From positions 4,032,001 through 4,096,000 of the forward strand of contig OY820579.1 of the NCBI GenBank assembly GCA_963681965.1: 64,000 nt of DNA, read 5' to 3'. The notes beneath the pieces are model-generated. The model worked only from the letters and a program-made list of their open reading frames with translations, had not been told where the DNA came from and did no database searches. Positions 1 to 8,177 of the stretch are shown piece after piece. The position numbers and the translations under genes were made by a program. The stretch comes from a bacterium. GTDB taxonomy: Bacteria; Electryoneota; JAOADG01. Each line of letters begins with the position of its first letter. Position 1 is the first letter of the stretch.

Positions 1-2697
1 ACGACGCTCGTCTTCGTTCTATCGCTTCTTTTTCCGCAAATTTCATACTCGGTTTCGGTGCAATCGACGCGATTACCGCACCCGTTCCAATTCACCGAGA
101 ACAAAGGGCAGTGGGACAGTGCCGTCCTGTATAAATGCGAGGTGCGCAGCGACGGCTTCACTTGGTTCCTCGAGCGCGATGGTGTCACCCTCGTCACCTC
201 CATCATCGATTCTTCTTCTTTGGTAGGGGCGGTTCGCGAACCGCCCGTGTCCGTTAATGATGCACGATTCGATCCCAATGGTCGTATCCATCATTCCCGT
301 TTAAAATCTCACGCGCTCAAATTAAAATTTGTTGACTCCCGTAGGGGCGAATCACAAAGTGCTCGCCGAAGGCAATCGCATTCGCCCCTATCCGATCAAG
401 ATGCACAAACCAATCTGGGCGCGTCCGCGCCCACAGGGCGAATGCGATTCGCCCCTACAGAAAAATATTCGACACAAGAGGATGTCGGAATAAATTCCGA
501 CCTACTGTTCGCACAAGCTAAATGGATCGATGCACAAGGTGAATTTTCATGGCACAATAATTATTTCTTGGGGAATGATTCCTCGAAGTGGGCACCAGAT
601 TGCCGCAATTTCTCTCGCGTGGTGTATCATGATGTCTGGGATGGCATCGATGTCGAGTGGTATGAGAGTAAGGGTCATCTTGAATTCGATTTTGTGGTTC
701 ACCCCGGTGCCGACCCGAAACAAATCAAGATGGTGTGTGAAGGGTTGGAAGCGCCAATCGCAGGCGGAGGACGGACACTCTTGTCCGTCGACTCAGATAT
801 TTCTGTCACAAAAGGGAGTCGGACAGGAGTGTCCGACCTCCGATTATCGAATGAACTCTCGCTTCTCACTTCCCTCGGTGAATTGCGGATGATAATTCCG
901 GGGGCATACCAAACCACTGCGAATGGCTCTCACGGAAACGCTGTCACGGCACAATTCAGACTTGTGTCCGAAAATCTCTTCGCAATCGATTTGCCGAATG
1001 GGTATGATCAATCGCAAACGCTGAGGATCGATCCGCTGGTGTATAGTACTTATTTGGGAGGGAGTGGAGTTGAAGGACTTACTAGCGCAACTATTGACAT
1101 CTCAGGAAATCCAATATTAACTGGATCTACTAACAGTATTAACTATCCTACCACTCCTGGCACTATCGAGAGAATGAATGCAGGAGAATATGATTGCTTC
1201 ATCTCCAGATTAGACTCTACTTTATCACATCTTCTATTCAGTACTTATCTCGGCGGTACATTCGGTGATTATGGAGAAGAAATAACTTTTGATTCGCAGA
1301 ATTTTATTTATGTAACCGGTTCAACTGAAAGCGACAACTTTCCAACAACATCAAATGCATATTGTCAAACTCATTCTGGCTTTCGAACTGATGATTGTTT
1401 CGTATTAAAAGTGAATTCGACCGGTTCGCAATTGCTCTTCAGTTCAATGATTGGAACAAGTGCTCAGGAAGTTAGTAATGCTATCATAGTTGATGAATCG
1501 GATAGCAGTTGTATCATTACTGGATCGACCGGAGGTATTACATATCCCATCACTGCTGGTGCATATACACCTCCCTTCAACGTAGGAGCAGTCATTACTA
1601 AATTCGATATGTTCCTTCCGACATTACTTTTTAGCACCTATATCGGTGGTACAAATGGTGCAGAAGGTAATTGTATAACAAAACTGCCGTTAGATCAATC
1701 AATAATAATTGGTGGATATACATTCAGTTCAAACTATCCATGTTCAATTGATGCTTATGATACGACATTTAATGGAGCTGTTGATGCATTTATTTCGCGA
1801 TTAAGTCACGATGGAAGCAATTTATTGAAGAGTACATATTTAGGTGGAACCGTTTGGGATGGAATTCATCATTTAGCAGTATCCCAGGACAGTTTGATCA
1901 TTGCTGTTGGTTATACTTCAAGCAGTGATTTTCCCTATTCAAGAAATGCCTTTGATTCAACCCAGCATGGTGGATATGATTGTTTTGTTACAATAATTAA
2001 TAACAATTTATCGACCATTTCATATAGTTCATTGTATGGTGGTCCCAGTAATGATGTCGCAGTTATTGTTCAATCGAACAATTCAGGTTTTATCGATGTT
2101 GCTGGATACACTGCCAGTGGAAACTTTCCAACTTCTGCGAATGCATTTCAACGAACTTTTAATGGAGGTGCTAACGATTGTTTTGTAATGAGATTCGCAT
2201 TGCAAACCCCTGCTTCATTTTACTCAACCTTCCTAGGTGGATCCGGTGGCGAAGCTGCCTATGGTATTGCGGAATTGACCAGAAATCGATTATTCGTTTT
2301 TGGTTCGACTTCCAGTACGAATTTTCCGATGACAACCTTGGGGTACGATACTGCACATAATGGTGCAGGAGACTGTTTCATTGCACAATTCACCATTGAT
2401 AGTACTTCTGTACAAGAATCCTCACCGTTACCAAATTCCACACTTTTGGTTAAGAATTACCCGAATCCTTTCAACGCAACCACTACGCTTTCCTACACCC
2501 TTCTAACTTCATCTCGCGTCGATCTTCGCCTCTACGACATCACCGGTCGCGAAGTATCGACGCTGGTGCAGCGCGAGCAGCGTGCCGGATCGTATCGCGT
2601 GTTGCTCGATGGGTCGCGATTAGCAAGTGGCACCTACTTTGTTCGCTTGCAGGCGGGTAGTTTCAGTAAGACGCAGAAGATTGTGTTGTTAAAGTAA
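1..2697 (+). CDS. Secreted SBBP beta-propeller repeat protein with C-terminal T9SS-type-A-like sorting tail (5'-partial)
   Basis: The frame is open from base 1 (TTLVFVLSLLFPQISYS, signal-peptide-like). N-terminal FTENKGQW...NYFLGNDSSKW...YHDVWDGID domain, IDPLVYSTYLGG, repeated (Y/F)STYLGG...G.T.S.(N/D)(F/Y)P units, C-terminal NYPNPFNATT...GTYFVRL...KIVLLK. Confidence 0.85.
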   Translation, partial: TTLVFVLSLLFPQISYSVSVQSTRLPHPFQFTENKGQWDSAVLYKCEVRSDGFTWFLERDGVTLVTSIIDSSSLVGAVREPPVSVNDARFDPNGRIHHSRLKSHALKLKFVDSRRGESQSARRRQSHSPLSDQDAQTNLGASAPTGRMRFAPTEKYSTQEDVGINSDLLFAQAKWIDAQGEFSWHNNYFLGNDSSKWAPDCRNFSRVVYHDVWDGIDVEWYESKGHLEFDFVVHPGADPKQIKMVCEGLEAPIAGGGRTLLSVDSDISVTKGSRTGVSDLRLSNELSLLTSLGELRMIIPGAYQTTANGSHGNAVTAQFRLVSENLFAIDLPNGYDQSQTLRIDPLVYSTYLGGSGVEGLTSATIDISGNPILTGSTNSINYPTTPGTIERMNAGEYDCFISRLDSTLSHLLFSTYLGGTFGDYGEEITFDSQNFIYVTGSTESDNFPTTSNAYCQTHSGFRTDDCFVLKVNSTGSQLLFSSMIGTSAQEVSNAIIVDESDSSCIITGSTGGITYPITAGAYTPPFNVGAVITKFDMFLPTLLFSTYIGGTNGAEGNCITKLPLDQSIIIGGYTFSSNYPCSIDAYDTTFNGAVDAFISRLSHDGSNLLKSTYLGGTVWDGIHHLAVSQDSLIIAVGYTSSSDFPYSRNAFDSTQHGGYDCFVTIINNNLSTISYSSLYGGPSNDVAVIVQSNNSGFIDVAGYTASGNFPTSANAFQRTFNGGANDCFVMRFALQTPASFYSTFLGGSGGEAAYGIAELTRNRLFVFGSTSSTNFPMTTLGYDTAHNGAGDCFIAQFTIDSTSVQESSPLPNSTLLVKNYPNPFNATTTLSYTLLTSSRVDLRLYDITGREVSTLVQREQRAGSYRVLLDGSRLASGTYFVRLQAGSFSKTQKIVLLK
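223..251 (+). repeat. GTAG-type REP palindrome inside the CDS
   Basis: GTAGGGGCGGTTCGCGAACCGCCCGTGTC. Segment 217-251 matches the reverse complement of intergenic 58550-58584 with one mismatch. Confidence 0.85.
341..458. repeat. Inverted GTAG-REP pair (REPIN-like) inside the CDS
   Basis: GTAGGGGCGAATC...GCATTCGCCCCTA (341-390) and AGGGCGAATGCGATTCGCCCCTAC (435-458, inverted). The inner TGCTCGCCGAAGGCAATC (360-377) recurs exactly at intergenic 16646-16663. Confidence 0.8.
766..841. repeat. Inverted GGAG-REP pair inside the CDS
   Basis: GGAGGACGGACACTCTTGTCCGTC (766-789) and inverted GTCGGACAGGAGTGTCCGACCTCC (818-841). A related ACACTCTTGT-core palindrome lies at about 18941-18966. Confidence 0.8.
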
Positions 2698-2699
2698 TT

Positions 2700-2796
2700 C
2701 ATAGTGTGAACAGTAGGGGAGGGCTCGTGAGCCCTCCCGCAGGTCAGGCAAAGCCCGACACTGAATCATGACAACTTATTTTCAAGAACTACTATA
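2700..2796. mobile_element. MITE-like element copy 1 (one end truncated) with GTAG-REP cargo
   Basis: GTAGGGGAGGGCTCGTGAGCCCTCCC-GCAGGTCAGGCAAAGCCCGACACTGAATCATGACAACTTATTTTCAAGAACTACTATA, closely similar to about 46140-46223. Confidence 0.65.
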
Positions 2797-2844
2797 GTAC
2801 GGATGTTTCAATAGGTGTCAGTTTATTGGATTGGATCAATATAC

Positions 2845-2872
2845 AAACGCCGGACAGCGCTGTCCGGCGTTT
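2845..2872. terminator. Perfect 28-bp palindromic hairpin, probable terminator
   Basis: AAACGCCGGACAGCGCTGTCCGGCGTTT, between convergent genes. Confidence 0.7.
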
Positions 2873-2909
2873 CGTGCTAATTTTTCAACCATTGAATGGG
2901 GGGTTTTCA

Positions 2910-3145
2910 GTGGTCGATAGAAGATCTGTAGACTAGAAGATATGTTGTATGGATGAACCGTAGTCTAGATGGAGCGTAGTCTGGAAGTGCAGTAGTATGG
3001 AAGAAATGTAGTTTAGATGTACAGTAGTCTCGAAGGCAAGTAGTATAGAAGAACCGTTGTTGCGCCAAACTGTAGTGATGGATGGGATGTGGTAGTTGAA
3101 TTCCGTTGTGAGTGCAGGTCAGTGGTAGATAGATGTGCGGTTGTG
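2910..3145. repeat. 16-nt-period tandem array (consensus GTWGWHTVGAWG-NNNN), candidate ncRNA
   Basis: Eight units in exact 16-nt register at 2928, 2944, 2960, 2976, 2992, 3008, 3024 and 3040, with degenerate units on both sides. Confidence 0.85.
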
Positions 3146-3152
3146 CAACAAT

Positions 3153-3170
3153 ATACGAAATATTTCACGA
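3153..3170 (-). promoter_or_regulatory. Possible Rex-like box overlapping a TATATT -10 element, pointing into the repeat array
   Basis: Minus strand TCGTGAA-ATAT-TTCGTAT versus Rex consensus TTGTGAA-N4-TTCACAA; TATATT at 3155-3150. Confidence 0.3.
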
Positions 3171-3202
3171 ACCCGGAAACCCTTCGGGAGTCGCCGGGTT
3201 CG
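3168..3202 (-). other. Stem-loop just downstream of mvhA
   Basis: CGAACCCGG...CCGGGTTCG. No U-tract follows on the minus strand, so it may be a stability or processing hairpin rather than an intrinsic terminator. Confidence 0.55.
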
Positions 3203-3212
3203 CAAGAAAGTA

Positions 3213-4682
3213 CTAGCACAAATCCCGACGAATTTCATCGATCTGTGCGCCATTGTCGTTGAAGATCCGGACGATCAAAGGCAACTGTCCGGGTAATGTA
3301 TGCGTCGCGCAGCCATGGCAGGGGTCGTAGGCGCGGAATGCCATCTCGATCATGTTCAGGATCCCGTCATCGACTTTCCCCTGCTTGATCAAACCCTTTG
3401 CCGATTTATCGACCGACATCGTCATCCGTGCCGAATTGTTCTGCGTCGCAACAATCATATTCGCCGAAGTCAATACCCCGCGCTCATCGGATTTATAGTG
3501 ATGGAACAAAGTACCGCGCGGTGCCTCGACACAGCCGATGCCCTCTTTCGGTGTCGCGGTCGGCAGCGTTCGAACCTTGTCCGACGTGATTTCCGGATCG
3601 TTCGCTAATTCCTGCATCCGTTCTGCGGCATACAGCAACTCGATCAAACGTGCCCAATGATTCGCCAGCGTCTGATGCACCGGTTTGCCACCGAGTGTCT
3701 GATAGAACTGATCGCACGCGGCTTGCGCCAACGGGGTTGCAAAGCCATCGGCGGCATTCAATCGCGCTAACGGTGCAACGGCATAGATTCCACTTTCCGG
3801 ACCGTCGGTGAAGCCTTTCCAACCTACCTTCTTGAGGTAGTTGAATTTCATGTAGCTCCACGATTCGACATGCTCGACGATATGATCGCGATACTCTTTC
3901 GGATCGAATTTCAAGAACTCTTTTCCGTCCGGGCTGACGACGCGCAGCATCCCGTCGTAAAAATTCACTTTATTCTTCGCATCGACCATACCCATGTAAT
4001 AGGTGCGATGGGTGTAGGTATCGGACAAAATCGTATCGACGTAACCGGAATTCTTCAGCACGATGTCGTTGAATGCTTTCAAGCTGAACTGTGCGAATTC
4101 CACCGCATGCTTGGCGCCCGCGATGAACTTCTCCTGCTCCTCTTTCTGCATCCGCTTCGCAACACCGCCGGGTAAACCGAACACAGGGTGAATCACCTTG
4201 CCGCCGAGCAATGAAATCAGCGATCGCATTTCGCGACGGAAGCCGATGACCTCCTTACCGATTTCCAACCCGACTTTTCCGATTACTCCGACGACGTTGC
4301 GCTCGCTGCGCGGGGCAGTCGGACCGACGATGAAGTCGGGACCGCCGAGGAAATAGAAGTGCAGTGCATGGTCTTCGACATAGAAAATGCTATAAATCAA
4401 CTCACGCAATTTCTTCGCAGCCGATGGCGCATCCACTTTGTACAGATCGTCCAGCGCTTTGGTAGCCGCCATGTGGTGCGCGGTCGGGCAGACACCGCAT
4501 ATTCGCGAAGTAATCTGCGGCATATCCTCGGCAGGACGTCCGACGGCGAATTGTTCGAAACCGCGAAGTTCGGGGACTTGCAAATAGGCGCGATCGACAT
4601 TTCCCTGATCGTTGAGGAAGATATCGATTTTACCGTGACCCTCGAGACGAGTGATTGGATCGATTGTTACTTTCGAACTCAT
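3213..4682 (-). CDS. mvhA: [NiFe]-hydrogenase large subunit, MvhA type (group 3c)
   Basis: IDPITRLEGHG, L1 RICGVCPTAH, EAPRGTLFHHY, L2 RAYDPCHGCATH followed by a C-terminal extension; operon context. Confidence 0.92.
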   Translation of the reverse strand: MSSKVTIDPITRLEGHGKIDIFLNDQGNVDRAYLQVPELRGFEQFAVGRPAEDMPQITSRICGVCPTAHHMAATKALDDLYKVDAPSAAKKLRELIYSIFYVEDHALHFYFLGGPDFIVGPTAPRSERNVVGVIGKVGLEIGKEVIGFRREMRSLISLLGGKVIHPVFGLPGGVAKRMQKEEQEKFIAGAKHAVEFAQFSLKAFNDIVLKNSGYVDTILSDTYTHRTYYMGMVDAKNKVNFYDGMLRVVSPDGKEFLKFDPKEYRDHIVEHVESWSYMKFNYLKKVGWKGFTDGPESGIYAVAPLARLNAADGFATPLAQAACDQFYQTLGGKPVHQTLANHWARLIELLYAAERMQELANDPEITSDKVRTLPTATPKEGIGCVEAPRGTLFHHYKSDERGVLTSANMIVATQNNSARMTMSVDKSAKGLIKQGKVDDGILNMIEMAFRAYDPCHGCATHTLPGQLPLIVRIFNDNGAQIDEIRRDLC

Positions 4683-5665
4683 TTCGCAACCCCTTCCTTC
4701 GAATGCTGCGGTATCGCATGCAGAAACGACGATGCCAGCGAATAGCGATAAAATGTTCCAGCCGGATCGACTACCGCCTTCATAATCATTTCGATTTCAG
4801 CGTCGTCATTCGATGAGATCGACGTTGCAATCATCGATAGTGCCTTAGCACCGAAATCGCGGACACGACTGGTTGGACCAAGACATCCGGTGCAGGGCAT
4901 ATTGCCCGCTACGCATGCCGAATCGCATCCTTGACGGGTGGCAGGACCCATGCAGAGAAGCCCTTGCGCCAACAGACATTTTTCGGCATCGACCATGATT
5001 TCCGAGGGTCGATAAAAATGCTTCAATTCGAATTTTTCCGGTTTGGTTGCTTTGCGCACGCAATCGTCGCACTGCGCCTGATCAGGTGCCAGCACCGAGC
5101 CTTTCGGCGGCAGTTTGTTTTCAAAAATTGCCGTCAAAGCTGCTTGTACCAATTTGCCGGGAGGCGGGCAACCGGGAAGGTAATAGTCCACGTCGATGCA
5201 TTGATCGAGCGTCTTCGTCACGTCGAATAATTCCGGCAACGTTGCCGTTCCTTCCGGAACTTTCGATGAAGTCTGCGGATAGACATTGTTCGGATTGACG
5301 GTTGAGAACACATTACCGTATGCGGCATCGAGTGTAGATTGTTTCGAGTACAGATTTGCCAATCCGGGAATTCCGCCTAATTGCGCACAGCTACCGAAGG
5401 CAATCACTACTGCCGACTTGCGCCGAAGCAATTCCGCCATTTCCAACTGTTCGCTGCTGCGAATCGCACCATTGATGAAGCAAACTGCCAATTCACCGTC
5501 TTTCAATGCTTCGACGTCTTCTTTTTTAAAGTCCATCGCGCAGGGCCAGAAGGCGATATCGACGATATTGATGACATCGAGGATGCCTTCGTTCAAATCG
5601 ACGACTGCTTCTTCACAACCACCGCAAGCGGCACACCAGTATAAACCGATTTTGGGCTTACTCAT
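4679..5665 (-). CDS. mvhG: [NiFe]-hydrogenase small subunit MvhG
   Basis: Likely start MSKPKIGLYWCAACGGCEE at 5665 (GGAGG RBS, ATGA overlap with the mvhD stop); FGSCA, PGCPP, CLGP motifs. Confidence 0.9.
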   Translation of the reverse strand: MSKPKIGLYWCAACGGCEEAVVDLNEGILDVINIVDIAFWPCAMDFKKEDVEALKDGELAVCFINGAIRSSEQLEMAELLRRKSAVVIAFGSCAQLGGIPGLANLYSKQSTLDAAYGNVFSTVNPNNVYPQTSSKVPEGTATLPELFDVTKTLDQCIDVDYYLPGCPPPGKLVQAALTAIFENKLPPKGSVLAPDQAQCDDCVRKATKPEKFELKHFYRPSEIMVDAEKCLLAQGLLCMGPATRQGCDSACVAGNMPCTGCLGPTSRVRDFGAKALSMIATSISSNDDAEIEMIMKAVVDPAGTFYRYSLASSFLHAIPQHSKEGVAK

Positions 5666-6174
5666 GCCACCGCCTCCTTCCGAAGTTCTTTCAACTTCGG
5701 TGCGTGACCGTTGTGTTGCAGATTCTTCGGTTCCAAGTGCAACGGTCCCAAGTTCCGGACTTGGTCGGTCATCTCGTTCATCACTTTCTGAACGCGATCC
5801 CCTTCCGATGCGGAAATCCATTCCAATCGCAGGCGCTCTTCTTCGATTCCGAATTGCTTCATCAGTTGCTTCAATAGTGTAAAGCGGCGCAACAATTTGT
5901 AGTTGCCTTCCTGATAGTGACAATCTCCGGGGTGACAGCCACCGATCAACACGCCGTCGGCGCCCTGACGAAATGCCGCCATGATAAATTGTGGATCGAG
6001 ACGACCCGAGCACATTACCCGGACGACCCGGGCATTGGGAGCATACGTCATGCGCGCCGTACCGGCGAGGTCGGCGGCGGTGTACGTACACCAGTTGCAA
6101 AAGAACGCAACGATTCGGGGTTCGAACCGACCGTTGTTACCGTAGGGTTCGGTGTTTCCGAAATGATCAGACAT
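5662..6174 (-). CDS. mvhD: Hydrogenase iron-sulfur subunit MvhD
   Basis: FFCNWCTYTAADLAG, RVMCSGR, GCHPGDCHY, RLRLEWISASEG. Confidence 0.93.
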   Translation of the reverse strand: MSDHFGNTEPYGNNGRFEPRIVAFFCNWCTYTAADLAGTARMTYAPNARVVRVMCSGRLDPQFIMAAFRQGADGVLIGGCHPGDCHYQEGNYKLLRRFTLLKQLMKQFGIEEERLRLEWISASEGDRVQKVMNEMTDQVRNLGPLHLEPKNLQHNGHAPKLKELRKEAVA

Positions 6175-8173
6175 ATTCCATCACTCCTTCGATTTCCTCG
6201 AAGATTTGCAGGTCGGTAAACAGATGTTGTTGTGCGGCACCGGACGGGCAACTGCCGACGCAAGTACCGCAGCCCTTGCAGAGCGCACCATTCACTTGCG
6301 AAACACCGGTTTCGTTGTTGAACGAGATCGCACTGTAGGGACATAAGGAGACACACATCCGACAACCGGAACAATTCTTTTCGTCGATATACGCAGTGTT
6401 CGGTTCCAATTCGACAAATCCCGCATCGATCAGTGCGAGCGCTTCGGCGGCTGCGGCACCGGCTTGCGCCACCGTATCGGGAATGTCTTTCGGTCCCTGA
6501 CACGCTCCGGCGAGGAACACACCGTCCGTGAACGTCGAAACCGGAGCGAGCTTGGGATGTCGTTCTAAGAACCAGCCTTCGGAGCTGCAACTGATATTGA
6601 ATTTGCGGCGTACGTCTTCGGCGTCGTGATGCGCTTCGAGACCGACCGATAGCACAACCATATCGACGGGGATACGTCGTACGACACCCAGCAGCGTATC
6701 TTCGGCACGGAGGATCAGTTTGCCTTTCTCTTCCGGAGTGGCAGCCCAACCGCTCACTTCCGCGACACGACCGCGAATGAAGTGAACCCCTTCATTCAAC
6801 AATTTGTCGTAAAATTCTTCGTATCCTTTACCCGGCGTACGCATGTCGATGTAGAAGTTGTAGACTTCCGCTCCGGTGCGTTCCTTGATCAGGTGCGCCA
6901 GTTTGAGCGAATACATGCAGCAGACGCGCGAGCAGTATTTATTCGTTTTCGCATCGCGACTGCCGACACAGTGAATGACACCGACCGATTTCGGTTTCGT
7001 CACGCCATCGCGCAACGTCACTTCACCACCTGTCGGACCGGATGCGTTGACCAGTCGTTCCACTTCGATACTGGTGAAGACATTGGGATATTTGCCATAA
7101 CCGTACACCGGCATCCGTTTCGGATCGAAGGTTTTGAATCCGGTGGCGAGGATGATGGATCCGACGTCGATCTCTTCGATTTTATCTTTTTGATCGAAAT
7201 CGATCGCATTGCGTTCGCAGGCATCGACACACGGCTTCTTGCATTTGCCATTGGCAAGGAAACTGCAAGTCAATGGATCGATCAACACTACTGACGGTGT
7301 CGCTTGCGGGAACGGCATATACACCGGTTTACGCTTGCTCAGTCCGAGATTGAATTCATCGTCGAATCGCGGTTTCTTGAAGGTGCACTTCTCGACGCAT
7401 TCGTTGCAGCCGACGCACAATTCTTCAATCACGTAGCGCGGTTTCTTGCGGACTTTCACTTTGAAATTGCCGACGAAACCACTGACACTGTCTACTTCGG
7501 AATATGTCCACATCGTGATATTCTTGTGGGCACGTACTTGCGACATCTTCGGCGTCAAAATACAAGCGGCACAATCGAGTGTCGGGAAGGTCTTGTCGAA
7601 CTTAGCCATGTATCCGCCGATCGTCGGTTCGCGTTCGACCAGATACACTTTCTTTCCGGCATCGGCAAGCTTGAGTGCGGCGTGGATACCGGCGATACCG
7701 CCACCCACTACCAATACATTCGAGTTTACCGGTACATGCGATTTTTCCAGCGGGGTATGGTATCGAACCCGACGAACCGCACCGGCTACCAATGCTTTCG
7801 CTTTGACAGTAGCACCGACTTTATCGGAGGTAACCCAACTGACGTGTTCGCGAATATTCGCCATCTGGAAGAAATAAGGATTGGTGTCTCCGGCGGCGGT
7901 CGCGCGCTGGAAGGTCGCTTCGTGCATCAACGGCGAGCAGGATGCGACGATCACCCGATTGATTTTCCCCGATTTCAAATCCTGTTGGATTAGATCCTGA
8001 CCCGGATCGGAGCACATAAATTTGTATTCGGTGGCGATCGTGACATTGGGAAGCGTCTTAGCAAATTCGACGACTTCCTGAATATTTACTTTGGATGCGA
8101 TATTGATACCGCAATGGCAAACATACACGCCAATTTTTACTTCTTCCGGTTTATTTCCGTTTAGGATTGACAT
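6167..8173 (-). CDS. hdrA: Heterodisulfide reductase subunit A (FAD/Fe-S)
   Basis: GVYVCHCGINI, ANIREHVSWV, VVGGGIAG, DKTFPTLDCAACIL, CSRVCCMY, ferredoxin motifs; start at 8173 (MSILNG) after GGAGG. Confidence 0.93.
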   Translation of the reverse strand: MSILNGNKPEEVKIGVYVCHCGINIASKVNIQEVVEFAKTLPNVTIATEYKFMCSDPGQDLIQQDLKSGKINRVIVASCSPLMHEATFQRATAAGDTNPYFFQMANIREHVSWVTSDKVGATVKAKALVAGAVRRVRYHTPLEKSHVPVNSNVLVVGGGIAGIHAALKLADAGKKVYLVEREPTIGGYMAKFDKTFPTLDCAACILTPKMSQVRAHKNITMWTYSEVDSVSGFVGNFKVKVRKKPRYVIEELCVGCNECVEKCTFKKPRFDDEFNLGLSKRKPVYMPFPQATPSVVLIDPLTCSFLANGKCKKPCVDACERNAIDFDQKDKIEEIDVGSIILATGFKTFDPKRMPVYGYGKYPNVFTSIEVERLVNASGPTGGEVTLRDGVTKPKSVGVIHCVGSRDAKTNKYCSRVCCMYSLKLAHLIKERTGAEVYNFYIDMRTPGKGYEEFYDKLLNEGVHFIRGRVAEVSGWAATPEEKGKLILRAEDTLLGVVRRIPVDMVVLSVGLEAHHDAEDVRRKFNISCSSEGWFLERHPKLAPVSTFTDGVFLAGACQGPKDIPDTVAQAGAAAAEALALIDAGFVELEPNTAYIDEKNCSGCRMCVSLCPYSAISFNNETGVSQVNGALCKGCGTCVGSCPSGAAQQHLFTDLQIFEEIEGVMEYV

Positions 8174-8177
8174 GGTA

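Noticed and set aside
2928-3055. CRISPR array interpretation of the 16-nt repeat
   Set aside because: Repeats are only 12 nt and degenerate, linkers are 4 nt, and no cas genes are present.
3013-3219. 68-aa minus-strand ORF over part of the array
   Set aside because: No recognisable protein features, it crosses a hairpin, and the 16-nt period is not codon-compatible.
5666-6100. N-terminal extension of the 473-aa mvhG ORF
   Set aside because: It overlaps mvhD in another frame; a clear RBS and ATG lie at 5665.
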